Virus record (IMG/VR): IMGVR_UViG_3300045988_075599
Span: 1-64,000 of that record
Source: a virus
Reading direction: 5' to 3' (one strand)
DNA length: 64,000 bases
Below, piece after piece: positions 43,223 to 55,200 of this stretch. The position numbers and the translations under genes were made by a program. The first letter of the stretch is position 1. Each line of letters opens with the position of its first letter. Under the pieces are notes generated by a model. It did not search any database. It had not been told where the DNA came from and worked only from the letters and a program-made list of their open reading frames with translations.

Positions 43223-46123
43223 CTAAACTTTCTTGATGGCTGGAGTGAAATCAACAATCATTGTTCCTCTAAGTTTCATAAGATAAGTCCTATCAACTTC
43301 CAGTGTGCTGCCTTTGTTATCAAAGATAACTAATTCCTTGACAGTACCGTCAACAACGCCAGTAACAAAGTGCATAGGCTTGCCCTGTTTAGTCTTGTGT
43401 GCTTTACGTTTAGTTACTGTTACAAGAAAAATACTCTTCCCGTCACACAAATCAGAAACGTAATCATCAACAGTAGAAAAAGAGTATCCGATAGAGGCAA
43501 GCTCCATCTCTCCATTAGACTGGACATCACTCTGATGCATGAACTGGAAAGGCGGTTTACTCTTTCGAGAATCTTTAACCCAATCAATGTACTGTAACAA
43601 CTCCTCTCTGTTGCCTTCAACTGCACCAGCTTTAACTATAGACTCAAGTACCCTGCGATTAGCACTCTTGTTGTCCTCTATCCACTGCTTACCATCATGA
43701 TTGAATGTCAAAGTATCAAATGCATTTCCTACGTATTTCAACATGTCGAATCCTAAGACTATGTGATTACTCCTAGGCACATAGGTATGCTTAAAAACGT
43801 CGTTATTCAACGGTGTTTCTGAGCATTTTAACGATTTTATACTCGGCGGTTCAACCTTAACTTGCAGTAGTAGAGAGTGCGAAATGTACTTGGCTACCTT
43901 AGCTCTATCATTTTTGTTGTACTCAAGCAGTGAAGCCATGTAGTACGCTGGATAATTAGCTTTAAGATAAGCTGTTCTCCATGATGTTAAGCCGTATGCA
44001 ACTGCGTGTGACTTATTGAACAGGTAGTTAGCCGACTTACTTATACTATCGGACAGGTAGTCGATGACATCCTTTGGAACGCCATGTTTAAGTCCTTCTT
44101 CTTTGAACTTCTCCATAGCTGGTTCCATTTCGGAAACAACTTTACGTCCGATAATCTTACGCAGGATATCCGCTTCACCAAGTGAATATCCACACAGAGC
44201 CTGTGCTATCTGCATTACCTGCTCTTGATATAAGATTACACCATATGTATCTTTGGTAATCTCATCGTACGCTGGGTACAAACTCTTGACTGGCTTGCGT
44301 CCAGTTCTTCTATCAACGTAGTCCTTAGCCATACCACTATCAAGTGGGCCTGGTCTACACAGTGCCATTACAGGTACTAAGTCTGCCGCACCATGGATAG
44401 TAATGGAACGAATGAAACCTTTCATCGCAGCTGACTCAATCTGGAAACAACCTTCTGTCATACCACTATTCAACAATGCACATGTTGTGTCATCTTTCTC
44501 TGGTATGTTATTCCAAAGTTTCTGTACGTCCGTACCCATCATGTCAGCCATTCTATGTACGATGGATAACTGCATAAGTCCAAGCATGTCCAGCTTCAAA
44601 CACCCCTGTGCTTCAAGGTCATGATAGTCGGTGGCACAAACAAAGTCATCTCCCTGTTTCTCTATCGAGCACCACTCAGAAGGGTCTCGAGGGAATACCA
44701 TAACGGCACTGGCGTGCATGCCATAAGACTGTAAACGTCCAAAGAAATGCCGAGCCAAAGTTCTGAGTCTCTCATCTTTTACTCCTTCCCATGTTTGAAA
44801 ATTGGTACTAATCTTGTTCACGTAACTTGACGGTAATCCAAGAGCTTGCCCAGCCCTTTTGATAGCCGCCTTCTCCTGCATGTAATTCATGGTACGCACA
44901 TGGTAAACATCACCGTATTTCTGTCGAACATACTCTATAACATCGTCTCTCTTATCGCTCTCAAAATCAACGTCTATATCGCAAGGAGTTACGCGCTGTT
45001 CGTTACAAAAACGTTCAAAGACGTTATGCCATCTTACAGAATCTACTTGAGTAATACCCGCGAGATAAGCTGTGCAGCATCCACCAACAGAGCCGCGACC
45101 CAGCCCAGTAAGAATACCATGCCCATTACAGTAACCCATAATATCTTTGATAATGCACAGATAATTGAGATAATCGCATCGCCGAAGCACAGGTAACTCG
45201 CGTTCAACTCGTACCACATAATCATTCTTATTCGGTCTGGTTCCCATGTGCAGTTTCTTCCACCCTTCGTTGCACCAATCGCGAACTTGTCTTTCAGGGT
45301 TTTCAGTATTGTATTTAGGATAATTGTCACCTCCTTCTGGAATTTCAACGTTACACTTGTGAACAATGTTGCTGGCTTCTTGAATCATGGCGCTAACCTG
45401 TTCTTCACTGAACCCATCTCCCATCATTCTCTGTGTAACTTCTTCACCGTCCATCATGTAAAAATCGTTACTGCTATAGGCATCACCAGTTCCCCTGATG
45501 CTTACCCACCTAGCGTGATAAGTAACATCAGCAGGACTGGAATAATGACTATCGTTAGTAACAAGCACGTTATAACCGTGAGCCACAGCATAATCGTAAA
45601 CTCGCTTGTTGTATTCTTTCTGCTCCCCAAACTCATGCGGCTGTACCTCCATGTAGAAATCATCACCGAACAACTTAGCAACATCATCGACAACATCGGG
45701 ATAACGATTAAAGAACCCAGCTATACATGCGGTAGTACAAATCAATCCTTCATGATACATCTCTAAATCTTTGATGCCTATTCTAGGCTTGCGATAGAAC
45801 TGATGTGCCGCCGCAGTAGACAGTCTATATAAGTTCCTAAGTCCATCAATGTCCTTAGCTAACAGTATGATGTGAGCATTCTCTCCGCTCTTCATCTCTG
45901 GTTCTGGACAAAAGTAACCTTCCATACCGAGGATAGGTTTGATACCAGACTGTTTGCATTTATGATAAAACGCATACAGCCCAGTCGTTGTACCATGGTC
46001 TGTCAACGCTACTGCTTCATACCCAAGCTCTTTACCTCTCTGGATAATCTCGTCGATAGTACAGTACCCATCTCCTATGGAATAGTCGGAGTGTTGATGT
46101 AAGTTTGTAAATGTACTACTCAT
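43223..46123 (-). CDS. dnaE: DNA polymerase III alpha subunit-like replicase (PHP + polymerase core)
   Basis: 966 aa. N-terminal PHP motif NLHQHSDYSIGDG..TDHG, and a long Pol IIIa-like core. Confidence 0.85.
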   Translation of the reverse strand: MSSTFTNLHQHSDYSIGDGYCTIDEIIQRGKELGYEAVALTDHGTTTGLYAFYHKCKQSGIKPILGMEGYFCPEPEMKSGENAHIILLAKDIDGLRNLYRLSTAAAHQFYRKPRIGIKDLEMYHEGLICTTACIAGFFNRYPDVVDDVAKLFGDDFYMEVQPHEFGEQKEYNKRVYDYAVAHGYNVLVTNDSHYSSPADVTYHARWVSIRGTGDAYSSNDFYMMDGEEVTQRMMGDGFSEEQVSAMIQEASNIVHKCNVEIPEGGDNYPKYNTENPERQVRDWCNEGWKKLHMGTRPNKNDYVVRVERELPVLRRCDYLNYLCIIKDIMGYCNGHGILTGLGRGSVGGCCTAYLAGITQVDSVRWHNVFERFCNEQRVTPCDIDVDFESDKRDDVIEYVRQKYGDVYHVRTMNYMQEKAAIKRAGQALGLPSSYVNKISTNFQTWEGVKDERLRTLARHFFGRLQSYGMHASAVMVFPRDPSEWCSIEKQGDDFVCATDYHDLEAQGCLKLDMLGLMQLSIVHRMADMMGTDVQKLWNNIPEKDDTTCALLNSGMTEGCFQIESAAMKGFIRSITIHGAADLVPVMALCRPGPLDSGMAKDYVDRRTGRKPVKSLYPAYDEITKDTYGVILYQEQVMQIAQALCGYSLGEADILRKIIGRKVVSEMEPAMEKFKEEGLKHGVPKDVIDYLSDSISKSANYLFNKSHAVAYGLTSWRTAYLKANYPAYYMASLLEYNKNDRAKVAKYISHSLLLQVKVEPPSIKSLKCSETPLNNDVFKHTYVPRSNHIVLGFDMLKYVGNAFDTLTFNHDGKQWIEDNKSANRRVLESIVKAGAVEGNREELLQYIDWVKDSRKSKPPFQFMHQSDVQSNGEMELASIGYSFSTVDDYVSDLCDGKSIFLVTVTKRKAHKTKQGKPMHFVTGVVDGTVKELVIFDNKGSTLEVDRTYLMKLRGTMIVDFTPAIKKV

Positions 46124-46556
46124 CTGACGCTTCCTTTCTTTGTTTCTCTAGTGTCATCTTCTCCCACTCCTTACGTGCTGACTCTTTTGCTTCTTCCATC
46201 TTCTTGAGATACAGACCGTAGTACGTATCACTCTTCTGTTGCATGTAGTTAGACACGTAATCTTCTGAGTCAAGACTCTCACGTATTCTGTCATTCTCTT
46301 CCGTGTGTTCACCAGTGTACTCTTCAACGAGTACCTCTACTGGATATGCACACAAATAGATATGGAATGGGGTTTCTACATAGGACAAACACTCACGACC
46401 ATTAAGGTTGTTCAATACTTGGTTAGGCATAGGTGCATTTGTTTTACTTGTCATACGTCTCATTGTATGTTTCTTTCCTGCACCATATAAACCAAGTACG
46501 TCTGCCTTATGTATATATACACCAAAACCAAGATTCATTAACTCTTTATCCTTCAT
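46116..46556 (-). CDS. hypothetical protein (146 aa)
   Basis: Track ORF 46116..46823 trimmed to the ATG at 46556 (AAAGGGGG SD). The upstream extension is occupied by promoters. Confidence 0.55.
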   Translation of the reverse strand: MKDKELMNLGFGVYIHKADVLGLYGAGKKHTMRRMTSKTNAPMPNQVLNNLNGRECLSYVETPFHIYLCAYPVEVLVEEYTGEHTEENDRIRESLDSEDYVSNYMQQKSDTYYGLYLKKMEEAKESARKEWEKMTLEKQRKEASDE

Positions 46557-46586
46557 CTGGCTCACCCCCTTTCCGACTTCATTTGA

Positions 46587-46615
46587 ATTGTACCATGGTT
46601 CCAAAAATTTGTCAA
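46587..46615 (-). promoter_or_regulatory. consensus sigma-A/sigma-70-type promoter for the replication operon
   Basis: On the - strand: TTGACA-17 nt-TACAAT with TGG before the -10 box. About 30 nt upstream of the ATG at 46556. Confidence 0.7.
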
Positions 46616-46649
46616 GTGATTTTTTGAAAAAATTTTTCGGAAAAAGTTG

Positions 46650-46678
46650 TTGACAAAAATCGGTGGCTATGGTATTAT
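46650..46678 (+). promoter_or_regulatory. consensus promoter P1 (+ strand)
   Basis: TTGACA (46650-55), 17-nt spacer, TATTAT (46673-78), with TGG before the -10 box. Confidence 0.65.
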
Positions 46679-46718
46679 ATTGTTGCCAGAAATTTTCCAA
46701 GAATTTCAAAAGAAAGGC

Positions 46719-46747
46719 TTGACAAAGTTTCTGTTTTGTAGTACAAT
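46719..46747 (+). promoter_or_regulatory. consensus promoter P2 (+ strand)
   Basis: TTGACA (46719-24), 17-nt spacer, TACAAT (46742-47). Confidence 0.65.
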
Positions 46748-46759
46748 ATTGTTGTAGAA

Positions 46760-47275
46760 AAAGTGGACAATTAAATATATTAGTAACCGTTGTATTGCGA
46801 ATACATCTCAGACAATATAACACGGTGTTGTAGATACTATTGTTGACCGAAACTCAAACACGTAGAAAGATATGGTTACAGGAAATCAGGGTACTTTATG
46901 TATTAGTATCTCAGTGAAGACCAGAAGTTATCCACACTTCATGGGGGTCAGGCACAAGTAATATCCGTCATAGGGAGAATTTTTATGGTGGGTTAAAATC
47001 CACCCCCACAACATTTAGGCAGGAGGCTCAAGTCGAAAGACGGCGTTGGACAACCACTTACCAAGGGTTGAGTGAGGTTTAAGTTCTTCGAGAACTAGGT
47101 GTGTTGTCACCTTAAACGACCGAGGCGATGGGGTTCATTCCATTATCTCTGTTAAGACGCTACGTACTGACCGTGAAGTATGCAACCTTTACGGTTTTGT
47201 ATGCGGCGTCTACCTCTTCACTCCCTCAGCTCCGAGGTTCATCCCCTCCGCAAGGGGTGAAGCTCGGAGTTGCTG
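46760..47275 (+). ncRNA. candidate structured non-coding RNA or long structured leader
   Basis: Downstream of P1/P2. No ORF of 60 aa or more on either strand. Hairpins at 46987..47004, about 47076..47118 and about 47155..47212, plus a long, nearly continuous (about 19 bp) hairpin at 47227..47272. Confidence 0.35.
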
Positions 47276-47317
47276 GGGACTATCCAACAAATTCTAAATA
47301 AAATTTACTTTTACCTC

Positions 47318-47346
47318 TTGACAAACCTTATTTCCTATGGTATACT
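47318..47346 (+). promoter_or_regulatory. consensus promoter P3 (+ strand)
   Basis: TTGACA, 17-nt spacer, TATACT, with TGG before the -10 box. About 44 nt upstream of the ATG at 47390. Confidence 0.7.
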
Positions 47347-47389
47347 ATACATAGATTAAGGATGAAGTAAATAGAAAGGAGAAAAGGAA

Positions 47390-48025
47390 ATGAAAGAGTC
47401 TATTGGATTCAAATTAGGAGATAGGGTATACGCTCCGTATCACGGATACGGTACTGTGACGGCAATCCTTTCTAACACTGTATACCCGATTGAGGTAACG
47501 TGGGACGTTGGTTGGGGCTTAGGTGCATATACTAGCATGTTTACTTCAGATGGTCATTTATCAAGGTTCATTGATAAAGATGATACCACTATAAGCGTAG
47601 TAAAAGATGGGAAAGGAGTAGAGAATAATATGGAAGAAGAACTTAAAGTTGGCGACTGGGTATGGTTGGGCCCTAACGAGAAAGGTATTATTACATTCAT
47701 TTATCCCGATAAAGATAAATGCATTGTCGATTCTGAATTGGACGGGGAGGTTGAAGTAGTGATGGCTGGTCTTACGAAGGTCGAGTATTCCCCGATTAAC
47801 CCGTCTCATTATCAGGTGATAGGTATTCCAGAAGCTATTGATATCATGAAACATCTCATGACTCAGGAACAGTTTAAGGGATTCCTTTGGGGTAACATCA
47901 TTAAGTATGCATATCGGTATGGACGTAAGGGAGACGAACACGATACAGCAGGAAAGATTGAGTGGTATGCGAATAGACTTAAAGAAGTGTGTGCAGAAGA
48001 GAAGAAGGAGCAGGAACGAGAATGA
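47390..48025 (+). CDS. protein with two SH3-like GD.V..G.G.V repeats and a C-terminal DUF3310-like domain
   Basis: Repeats LGDRVYAPYHGYGTV and VGDWVWLGPNEKGII. C-terminal PSHYQ..EAIDIM...GNIIKYAYRYGRKG....KIEWYANRL. Confidence 0.6.
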   Translation: MKESIGFKLGDRVYAPYHGYGTVTAILSNTVYPIEVTWDVGWGLGAYTSMFTSDGHLSRFIDKDDTTISVVKDGKGVENNMEEELKVGDWVWLGPNEKGIITFIYPDKDKCIVDSELDGEVEVVMAGLTKVEYSPINPSHYQVIGIPEAIDIMKHLMTQEQFKGFLWGNIIKYAYRYGRKGDEHDTAGKIEWYANRLKEVCAEEKKEQERE

Positions 48026-48309
48026 AACTTAAAAAGTTACTTAAATTGATTCCAGATGAATATAAGATTGGCATTACAGATTATGCAGAAGAGGTTATGT
48101 TCGTCTCATACGGGACGAAAGAAGAGGCTGTTACGAACTTCGCCCAAAAGACAACGCTCACAAAAGAAGCGATTGAAGATATGAGGGTAGCTACCGTTAG
48201 TCCTTGCGCTAGGGTTTACTGTGTAGACCAACATGTATTTTGCGATACAGAGCCTCCGCTTAATATTGAGCCGCAGCTCTATATCGAAGTCCATATGACG
48301 AAGGAGTGA
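48022..48309 (+). CDS. hypothetical protein (95 aa)
   Basis: Track ORF trimmed to the ATG at 48022, which overlaps the upstream stop (ATGA). Confidence 0.5.
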   Translation: MKLKKLLKLIPDEYKIGITDYAEEVMFVSYGTKEEAVTNFAQKTTLTKEAIEDMRVATVSPCARVYCVDQHVFCDTEPPLNIEPQLYIEVHMTKE

Positions 48310-48315
48310 TGTACA

Positions 48316-48597
48316 ATGAAACTAGCAGAATTGTTACCACTTATTACCGAGCAGACTATGATTGAGTTGTCATATCTAAGTGGCTCTGATACTAGGGTGG
48401 CGTGCCGCTGCTGTGACACACACTCCGTTATTGATTATATCCGAGAAGAAGGGCAGAATATAGCGGAGCTAATTGTTGTTTCCGTAGACCCTGATGTCTA
48501 TTACTTCGATGATTACGATTGGTACGCTTACGACCCACCAAAGCCAGAGTTACTTATTACCGTAGATGGATGGGAGGAAACAGTAGCTCATTGGTGA
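48316..48597 (+). CDS. hypothetical protein (93 aa)
   Basis: ORF track, GAAGGAG SD. Confidence 0.55.
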   Translation: MKLAELLPLITEQTMIELSYLSGSDTRVACRCCDTHSVIDYIREEGQNIAELIVVSVDPDVYYFDDYDWYAYDPPKPELLITVDGWEETVAHW

Positions 48598-48611
48598 ACT
48601 GGAGGTACAAT

Positions 48612-48698
48612 ATGGATTACTTTGGAGTGTTTATTCTAGCCCTGTATTTTCTTGTATATATATGGGCAATTGTTATGACTGTATATTACGGCTGGTAG
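48612..48698 (+). CDS. micro-ORF, hydrophobic peptide (28 aa), not in ORF track
   Basis: GGAGG SD. Translation MDYFGVFILALYFLVYIWAIVMTVYYGW. Confidence 0.4.
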   Translation: MDYFGVFILALYFLVYIWAIVMTVYYGW

Positions 48699-48713
48699 AT
48701 TGGAGGTTATATT

Positions 48714-48926
48714 ATGTTTGATTGGAAAGGTTATATTGCTAACGTAGCGCGTAATGTTGTATCTGTATCCTCGTTCATTGGTGCGGTGGCTGCACTTCTG
48801 GACGGTTGTGTGATAGCTGGTGTAGCATTTATTCTCATCTATGCGATTGTCGCTACTGATGAGGATTGGTATTGTGCTCTTGATGATGACAACGATAGTG
48901 ATAACGACACAGAAAAGAAGGAGTAG
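48714..48926 (+). CDS. small membrane protein (70 aa) with acidic tail
   Basis: ORF track, GGAGG SD. Hydrophobic segment SFIGAVAALLDGCVIAGVAFILIYAIV. Confidence 0.55.
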   Translation: MFDWKGYIANVARNVVSVSSFIGAVAALLDGCVIAGVAFILIYAIVATDEDWYCALDDDNDSDNDTEKKE

Positions 48927-48931
48927 TTTCT

Positions 48932-49252
48932 ATGAAACTAAAAGAATACTTGTATTACTTAATTGCTAGTGAACCTGTGACCATCGCAGATGCGGAAGTA
49001 GTTGAACAGCTTAATCGACGTTGGTTCGATGGGGTCACTACATTTGCGGATAAGACGCTAATCCCTAAAGAGGTTCTGGATTTAGAAGTGCGGAAGTTTG
49101 GCGGTGACACTTACTTTCCTGGCAACTTCTGTTCAGAAGAAGAGGAATGGTTGTATGATAGTTATGAGGATTGGTATGGATGCGTTGAATTTTACGTTGA
49201 GGGTTATCAGAAAGTAAAAGAAAGACTAAAACTTAAAGAGATTGTTAAGTAA
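48932..49252 (+). CDS. hypothetical protein (106 aa)
   Basis: ORF track, GAAGGAG SD. Confidence 0.55.
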   Translation: MKLKEYLYYLIASEPVTIADAEVVEQLNRRWFDGVTTFADKTLIPKEVLDLEVRKFGGDTYFPGNFCSEEEEWLYDSYEDWYGCVEFYVEGYQKVKERLKLKEIVK

Positions 49253-49255
49253 ATT

Positions 49256-49286
49256 AAAAAGGGAGGCTTTCGCCTCCCTATTTTTA
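49256..49286. terminator. bidirectional intrinsic terminator between convergent genes
   Basis: AAAAA-GGGAGGC-tttc-GCCTCCC-TATTTTTAT. Confidence 0.75.
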
Positions 49287-49290
49287 TTGC

Positions 49291-52200
49291 TTAACTCAGC
49301 AAGTTACCAAGTGCTCTTACGTCAGAACGTACAATCTCAGCTTCTTCACTCTTCGATTTAGTTACCATCTTCTCTGCCTGTTCAGCTGTAATCTTTGGCT
49401 TGATGTATTTGTCTACTGTCTTGTGTGCCTGTTCTGGTGTCTTGCCATAGTCTTGCAGTTTCTTGAGATTAGCTTCCGTCGGGTTATTGACGTAAGCAAT
49501 CATAGCATCCTTAGCCTTGTTAGAGTATTCCTGATTCTCATCGGTGATAAATCTATTGATATCTGTGTCGAGTTTATTCTCGATTGGGTTAAAGCCCATG
49601 AAGTTCTTAGCCCTGTCTGCGTTACTCATAGACTGGTATTCCGTCTTAGGCATTAACTTACTGTAAGAATAATACTGACCTCTAGCCGCCTGTAACCATC
49701 TCGATGCCGCTGGTACTGCTTTCAACCAAGCGAACATTAACTGGTCTGTCGTGTACTTGTCGTACAGGATAGCGTCATAGCTTGCACCGACCGCAGAACT
49801 GAAATCAATAGCTGTCCCTAACGACGGGCCACCAAGGTTACGTAAGTCTGTCGGGTCTTTCATGATATCGGAAAGACCTACCTTCTTACTGATATCTACA
49901 CCTAGCACTGGAGCTGCGATACCATAACACAGTGCTTCGCCGATAGCCTGTGGTACTGGGCCTCTTTTACCTACTGCTTTCAGGATAAAAGATTTTATCC
50001 AGTCCTCTGGGTTCGTACCAGTGATTGCCTGAGACATGCCAGAAATCATAGTCATCATCGGGATACCAGAGATAACACCAGAGAACAACATCATTGTTCC
50101 AAGGAATCTCTTGAGCTCTGTACTCTTCTTATTCTTGAGCATCCAACTCATAAAGTCGAAAGTCTGGAACCCGTAAGATGCAAACTGGAACACACACTTA
50201 GCAAGCTGTCCGCCTTTAGCCAAAAGCAGTGGGTCTGTTGCTCTGTTGAAGTTGAAGTTTGTGCGATATACGAAGTCTCTAATCATAAGCATACGCTGCA
50301 TGTTGTACTCTTCTTCACCAAGCTCCGATTTGCTTTCACGGAACTTCTTGTACTTAGGGCTGGTGTCAAGCAGGTGCTGTGCTACCAGTGCCGCAAACAA
50401 TCTACACGAGAGGTCTGCACCTCTGAATCCACCCATGCCTAAGTTAAGAATATTCTTACCAGTCTTTGGCAAGAGGTCGATAACACTATCCCCCTCGTAC
50501 GCGCTACCAGCGTTACCTAACTGAGCAGCCATATCATTGATTGCTATCTCACTGTCTTTACCTGTTAATGTTCCGTACATCTCATCGAATGCTTGTAATT
50601 CAATAGCAGATTTATCTCCTCGTTTCAGCGCCTCTTGGAATGCGTTCTCCCCTTCCTGCTCGAACAGACTCTTACCTTGTTTGGTAAGATACAGGTCAGC
50701 CATTACCTGCTGAATCTCTTTACCGTATGCGCTTACATCAAACTCGTTTTTCAAGATGTCAGACGGCTTATGCGCCTTAGCTAAGATACCTGGCATTTTC
50801 TTCATCGCATAAGCAAACGCGCTTTCTCCCCCTAGTGCATACACGTTAGCTAACTGTGCATACTGTGCGAGTGCTGTACTTACATTGAACATACCGAGTT
50901 TCAGATAGACGTTGACTGCGATACTGTTGTGAAGCAATGCAGGAAGCCACATGTCTGGCAGGTATACACCACATGCGTTCAGGATATTGCGCATACCAGG
51001 AACTGCATAGATAGCGTCAACCACCATGACACTGAGTCTTCTCATGAATCCGTCTACTGGCTTATCTCTACCGTTCATATTATCTACAAGTTCGCACATA
51101 ATATTGTATGGCGAGTAATAAGAATCTCTCTTAGTTCTATCGTAGTTTCTTCCTGTGTACTTGTAGATAGTTTGTGTCATATCTCTATAGAACGGAGTCA
51201 GTGCCTCAACACTATTTACGGTATGTAAGTAATGCTTCAACGAACCGATAACGTCATGGGAATACAGTCCATTATCAGATGTACGTTCACGTGAATAGTT
51301 GGCTGCTAAATACTGTGCACCACTTGCTTTTAAGGCATCGCTAACTTGCCTAAATGTTTGAACTTTGTTTTTGCTTACGCGAATCATCTTAGCTGTGCGA
51401 ATCAAACGTGGCTTATATTTACCGAACTCTTCTTCGTCTTGCTCGTCCATATTACGAAGAGCGTCAATAATTTTCTCAATACTATCTTCGCCTTCCCATT
51501 TCTCACTGGCATTGAATTTCTTACGAATGAACTGCGCCAGTCTATCTGGGATGTCATCAGTAGCGCGATTTTTCCCTTTCTCAATATCTTCATCTGTGAG
51601 TGCCCCTATTGATGGGTCAACGTTGCCAACAATATCTGTACGACCACCGCCCTGTTCTTGCAACCATTCGTCACGTGTCTTTTCTACATACCGTTCGTTT
51701 TTCCCGATAGGATGTTCATTTCTGTATTTAGCTCTATCACGTTTACTTTCAAAAGAACCAATACTGTACGTAATAACCTGATAATACTTACCATCTTTCT
51801 GGATGATGAAACCTGCCTTGACAGATTTTGGATTAACCTGCTCTTCATCAATTTCGTTCCATACTTCTTTCTGAAGGATGTATCTGGAATAATATCTCGG
51901 TGCATATGCATGTAAGAACCCAGTCTCGGTACGATTGATGATGTCGTCGTTCTGCATAGCTCTCTTCTGTTCTCTTGAGTAGGCATTCATCAGTAATGCA
52001 CGGTACAATGCTTGGCTTGCGATAAATCTATCAATGATAGGCTGAGCATAACCAGCGTCCTTCATGGCTTTGCGTCTGAAGCGTTCGCACTCTTTCAATA
52101 CCTGCTTCTGTAATCTAACTTTCATATTGGCTCGACCCTTCACCCCAGTGCCATCTTCGTTAGATGGGTGTGCAATGAACAGGTTTTTGAACTTACCATC

Positions 52201-55200
52201 CTTCATACGTGTATCTGGACATGCATAGAATACTAGCGTACCAGTATCTTCTCTGTACCAGAAGGCTTGGTTCTTGTAGAAATTCCTGCCTTTCTTTTTG
52301 TAGTATGCTTTCATCTTGTCAATCTTGTCACTCATTGTAGCCATTGCCGTAGCTTTATCTGGCTGACTATGGAGAACAAAGAATACGTCATCGGCGTATA
52401 CTTTAAGCATAGCGTTCTTACCAGAAGCAGAACGATTCTTACATCTTTCATCTTTCCCAGCCTCATACGGAAGGTCAAACAGTTCAACAAGGTCTCTACC
52501 TCTATCACTGTTGACATTGATTTCAGTATCAAAATACTGTCTCAGCGCTTTAGTCTGAAGTTTGTCTCCATCAATCGTAAGAAGCTGCTTCAACTGTTTA
52601 ATGTAAGCGTCACTCTTCGCGTTGAGTTCCTGCTGCCAAGCAATAGCCCTCTGTGATTCATCAAAGAGACGGTCAGCGTCTGGCTTTTTGATAAGGTCTT
52701 CTAACCATCGCATGCCTGGTTTCCATGCGAGCTTGATATCCTTAGCGTGGTTAAGTTTACTTGGCGATGTCTGAGTAAACGTTTTGTTGCGTTTGTTCGC
52801 GATAGTATACAGTAACTGCATAAACCAACCCTGTGGAGAGCCAGCATCCTGAGACACATCACGTACAGTGGTGATAGCCCCTTTGCCAGTGCCAACGCTT
52901 GTTTTCTTTGCGCTTTTCTTCTTCTGTTCAACTGTAGCGTGTTGGTTCTTCTGTGTCTCGAAGTGGTGAGTAATGGTTGTATTATCCATAGCAGTAAGCT
53001 CTTGAATAGAATCACGTGCCGCATTGAACAGTTCGTTTCTCATTCTAGCTTTGTCTTTGTTTCTAATCTTGAACGCTGGGTCTCTACTCTGTAATGCGTG
53101 GAGAAGGTTAGTAGATTCATACAACCAAGAAGCCATGAAATTAGATGTCTCACTCTCCGCGATATTACCGCCGTTAGTTAGCTCTTCTGGCACGGTATCC
53201 AGATGGCTGTACGTTTCCGTGACGAGCTGTTTAATCTGAAAGAGTAACGGAAGCTTATGGTCGATAACCTTAGCACCAAAGATAATGCTAGGAAGCATCA
53301 TGTTCATGACCAATGCTTCGTAGTCTCCCTTATCGGAGCTATCGTAGAACAGACCAAGGGACTTAGCACCAAGTTTGAGGGTGTATCTATCTCTACCTGT
53401 CTTCGTTTCATCATAGCCTACCAAGTTTGATTGCGCCCAAATCTTTGCTGTGGTCGGGATGAGCTTGGATACATCTACGAGGTCTGTTATTGCCAGTATC
53501 TGTCTTGCTAACAGACTATCACTCTTGTTCAAAGTTTCAAAAGCAGAAGTAAGTTCATTGCTAATTGCATCACGAATAACTTTCTCAGCAACGCCACGTT
53601 CTTTGCGAGGGACATCTGGAACATCTTCACTTACACGGAGACCGCCGAAACTATCGTAATCTCTATAGGTATCAGACTTCGTTGCCAGTTTATACCTACC
53701 TTCTGCTACATCCACTGCTACCGCTTGGTCGGTGAATGCGTGCATCAGTTCGTGGTACACAGTAGAGCGCTGGGCAAGAGACATCAATCTACCAGTGGAG
53801 TCGGTGTACCCACTGTTATCAGATAACTTATTGCTAATGTATGGGATTACACCAAGTACCTTACTTGCAACATTGACAAACAGCTGATGAGCAAACACGT
53901 TGTCTGGTTCACCTTTCAGCGGTGTTGCAAACTCAGTACCTAAGAACGCTTTGTTCTCTTTGCTAATCTTAAACTCGATTCCTGGTGATATCTCCAGATT
54001 CTGAGACTGTACGTTTGCGAGTTCTTCTATGCTACGTGGCTGTAACTTGTGCAGCTGTGTTCCGACATAGTTCTGAGAATGATAGCGCATTCTAAATGCT
54101 ACTCTCTTGTTAGTCTGAACAGACTCGAATACTTCTGGTGCCGTATGTACACCATGGAGTGCACGATTTAACTGGTCAGCGAAAGTACGAATCTTGTCGA
54201 ACCCATTCAGCCTCTGTGATGCAATGGTTATCAACGAGCACAGGTTAGCAATATCGTTATACGTCAGCGTGTCTTTCTGTGCAAGTCTATAGCTAAACGT
54301 GTGTAACGAGGTAATTAAACCACCACTACCCATTAACTTATCGTTATGTGCCATCATCAAGTAGTTGTAGTGTGGGTCTTCCATGAGGTCGTCAATAGTA
54401 AACGAAATGTCCTTACCGTACTCTTCTTTCAAATCTTTCTTATCGATAGAACCTAAGAACCGTAGCAGGTTAGCGATAGGATTCTCTGTGATATTCACTT
54501 CGTCTTTCGTTGTCCACTTCGTAGAACCAGTGTTGTGAATATCGATGCTGTCAGCTTTGACCTTCTTAATCGGAGAGTTATCTGTAATCGTCAGAGGTTT
54601 TACTCTGTATCCATCTTCTTGGAAATCCATCAGGCCGATGGCACCAAATACTGCTTTTCTGAGGTCGTTATATACCCAAGAGTTTATATATTTGCTCTCT
54701 TCAATCTGCTTATCGCCGTAATTTAATTTCGGAGCGCTACGTACATATACAAACTTGCCCTTTTGGTTTTTAACGCCTAACGAAATCTTGTTGATGGTAT
54801 CACGTAAAGCACTCGGGCCTTCCTTTAAGCCTTTGTTTTTCAGTTTCTTCTGAACTTCGTTTCTGCTCTGCGCCGCAATCTCCAACTGTTCCTGCGTCAT
54901 GAACTTATTAACAGCAGCTTCAATCTTATCCATTATCTGTTTACGGATAATTGCCTGTTTCTTCTTCCTCTTTTTGGCTACCTGCTTGATGTATTCCTCG
55001 ATACCATTGTTCATGATAGCTTCTTTCGGAAGCCCAGTATCAAGAACCATCAGTGCTTTTACGATAACGTTATTAGGGATACCAGAGGCATCCTTTTTGA
55101 AGTAGTCATCAGCCAGCGTATCAATAGCACCAACTACGGTACCAGAAGAAACCAAGTAAGTTACACCATTCTTACCTGTGTTAGTGGAGTATGTTGGATT

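Noticed and set aside
40285-46123. Additional inteins or introns in primase-helicase, DnaE, terminase and portal
   Set aside because: These ORFs are continuous. Their conserved motifs appear in normal order, with no Cys/Ser...HN-Cys type insertion or LAGLIDADG/HNH block.
46557-46823. N-terminal 89-aa extension of track ORF 46116..46823
   Set aside because: The extension is filled by three consensus promoters on both strands and translates to low-complexity F/L/K/Q sequence. The ATG at 46556 has a proper SD and promoter spacing.
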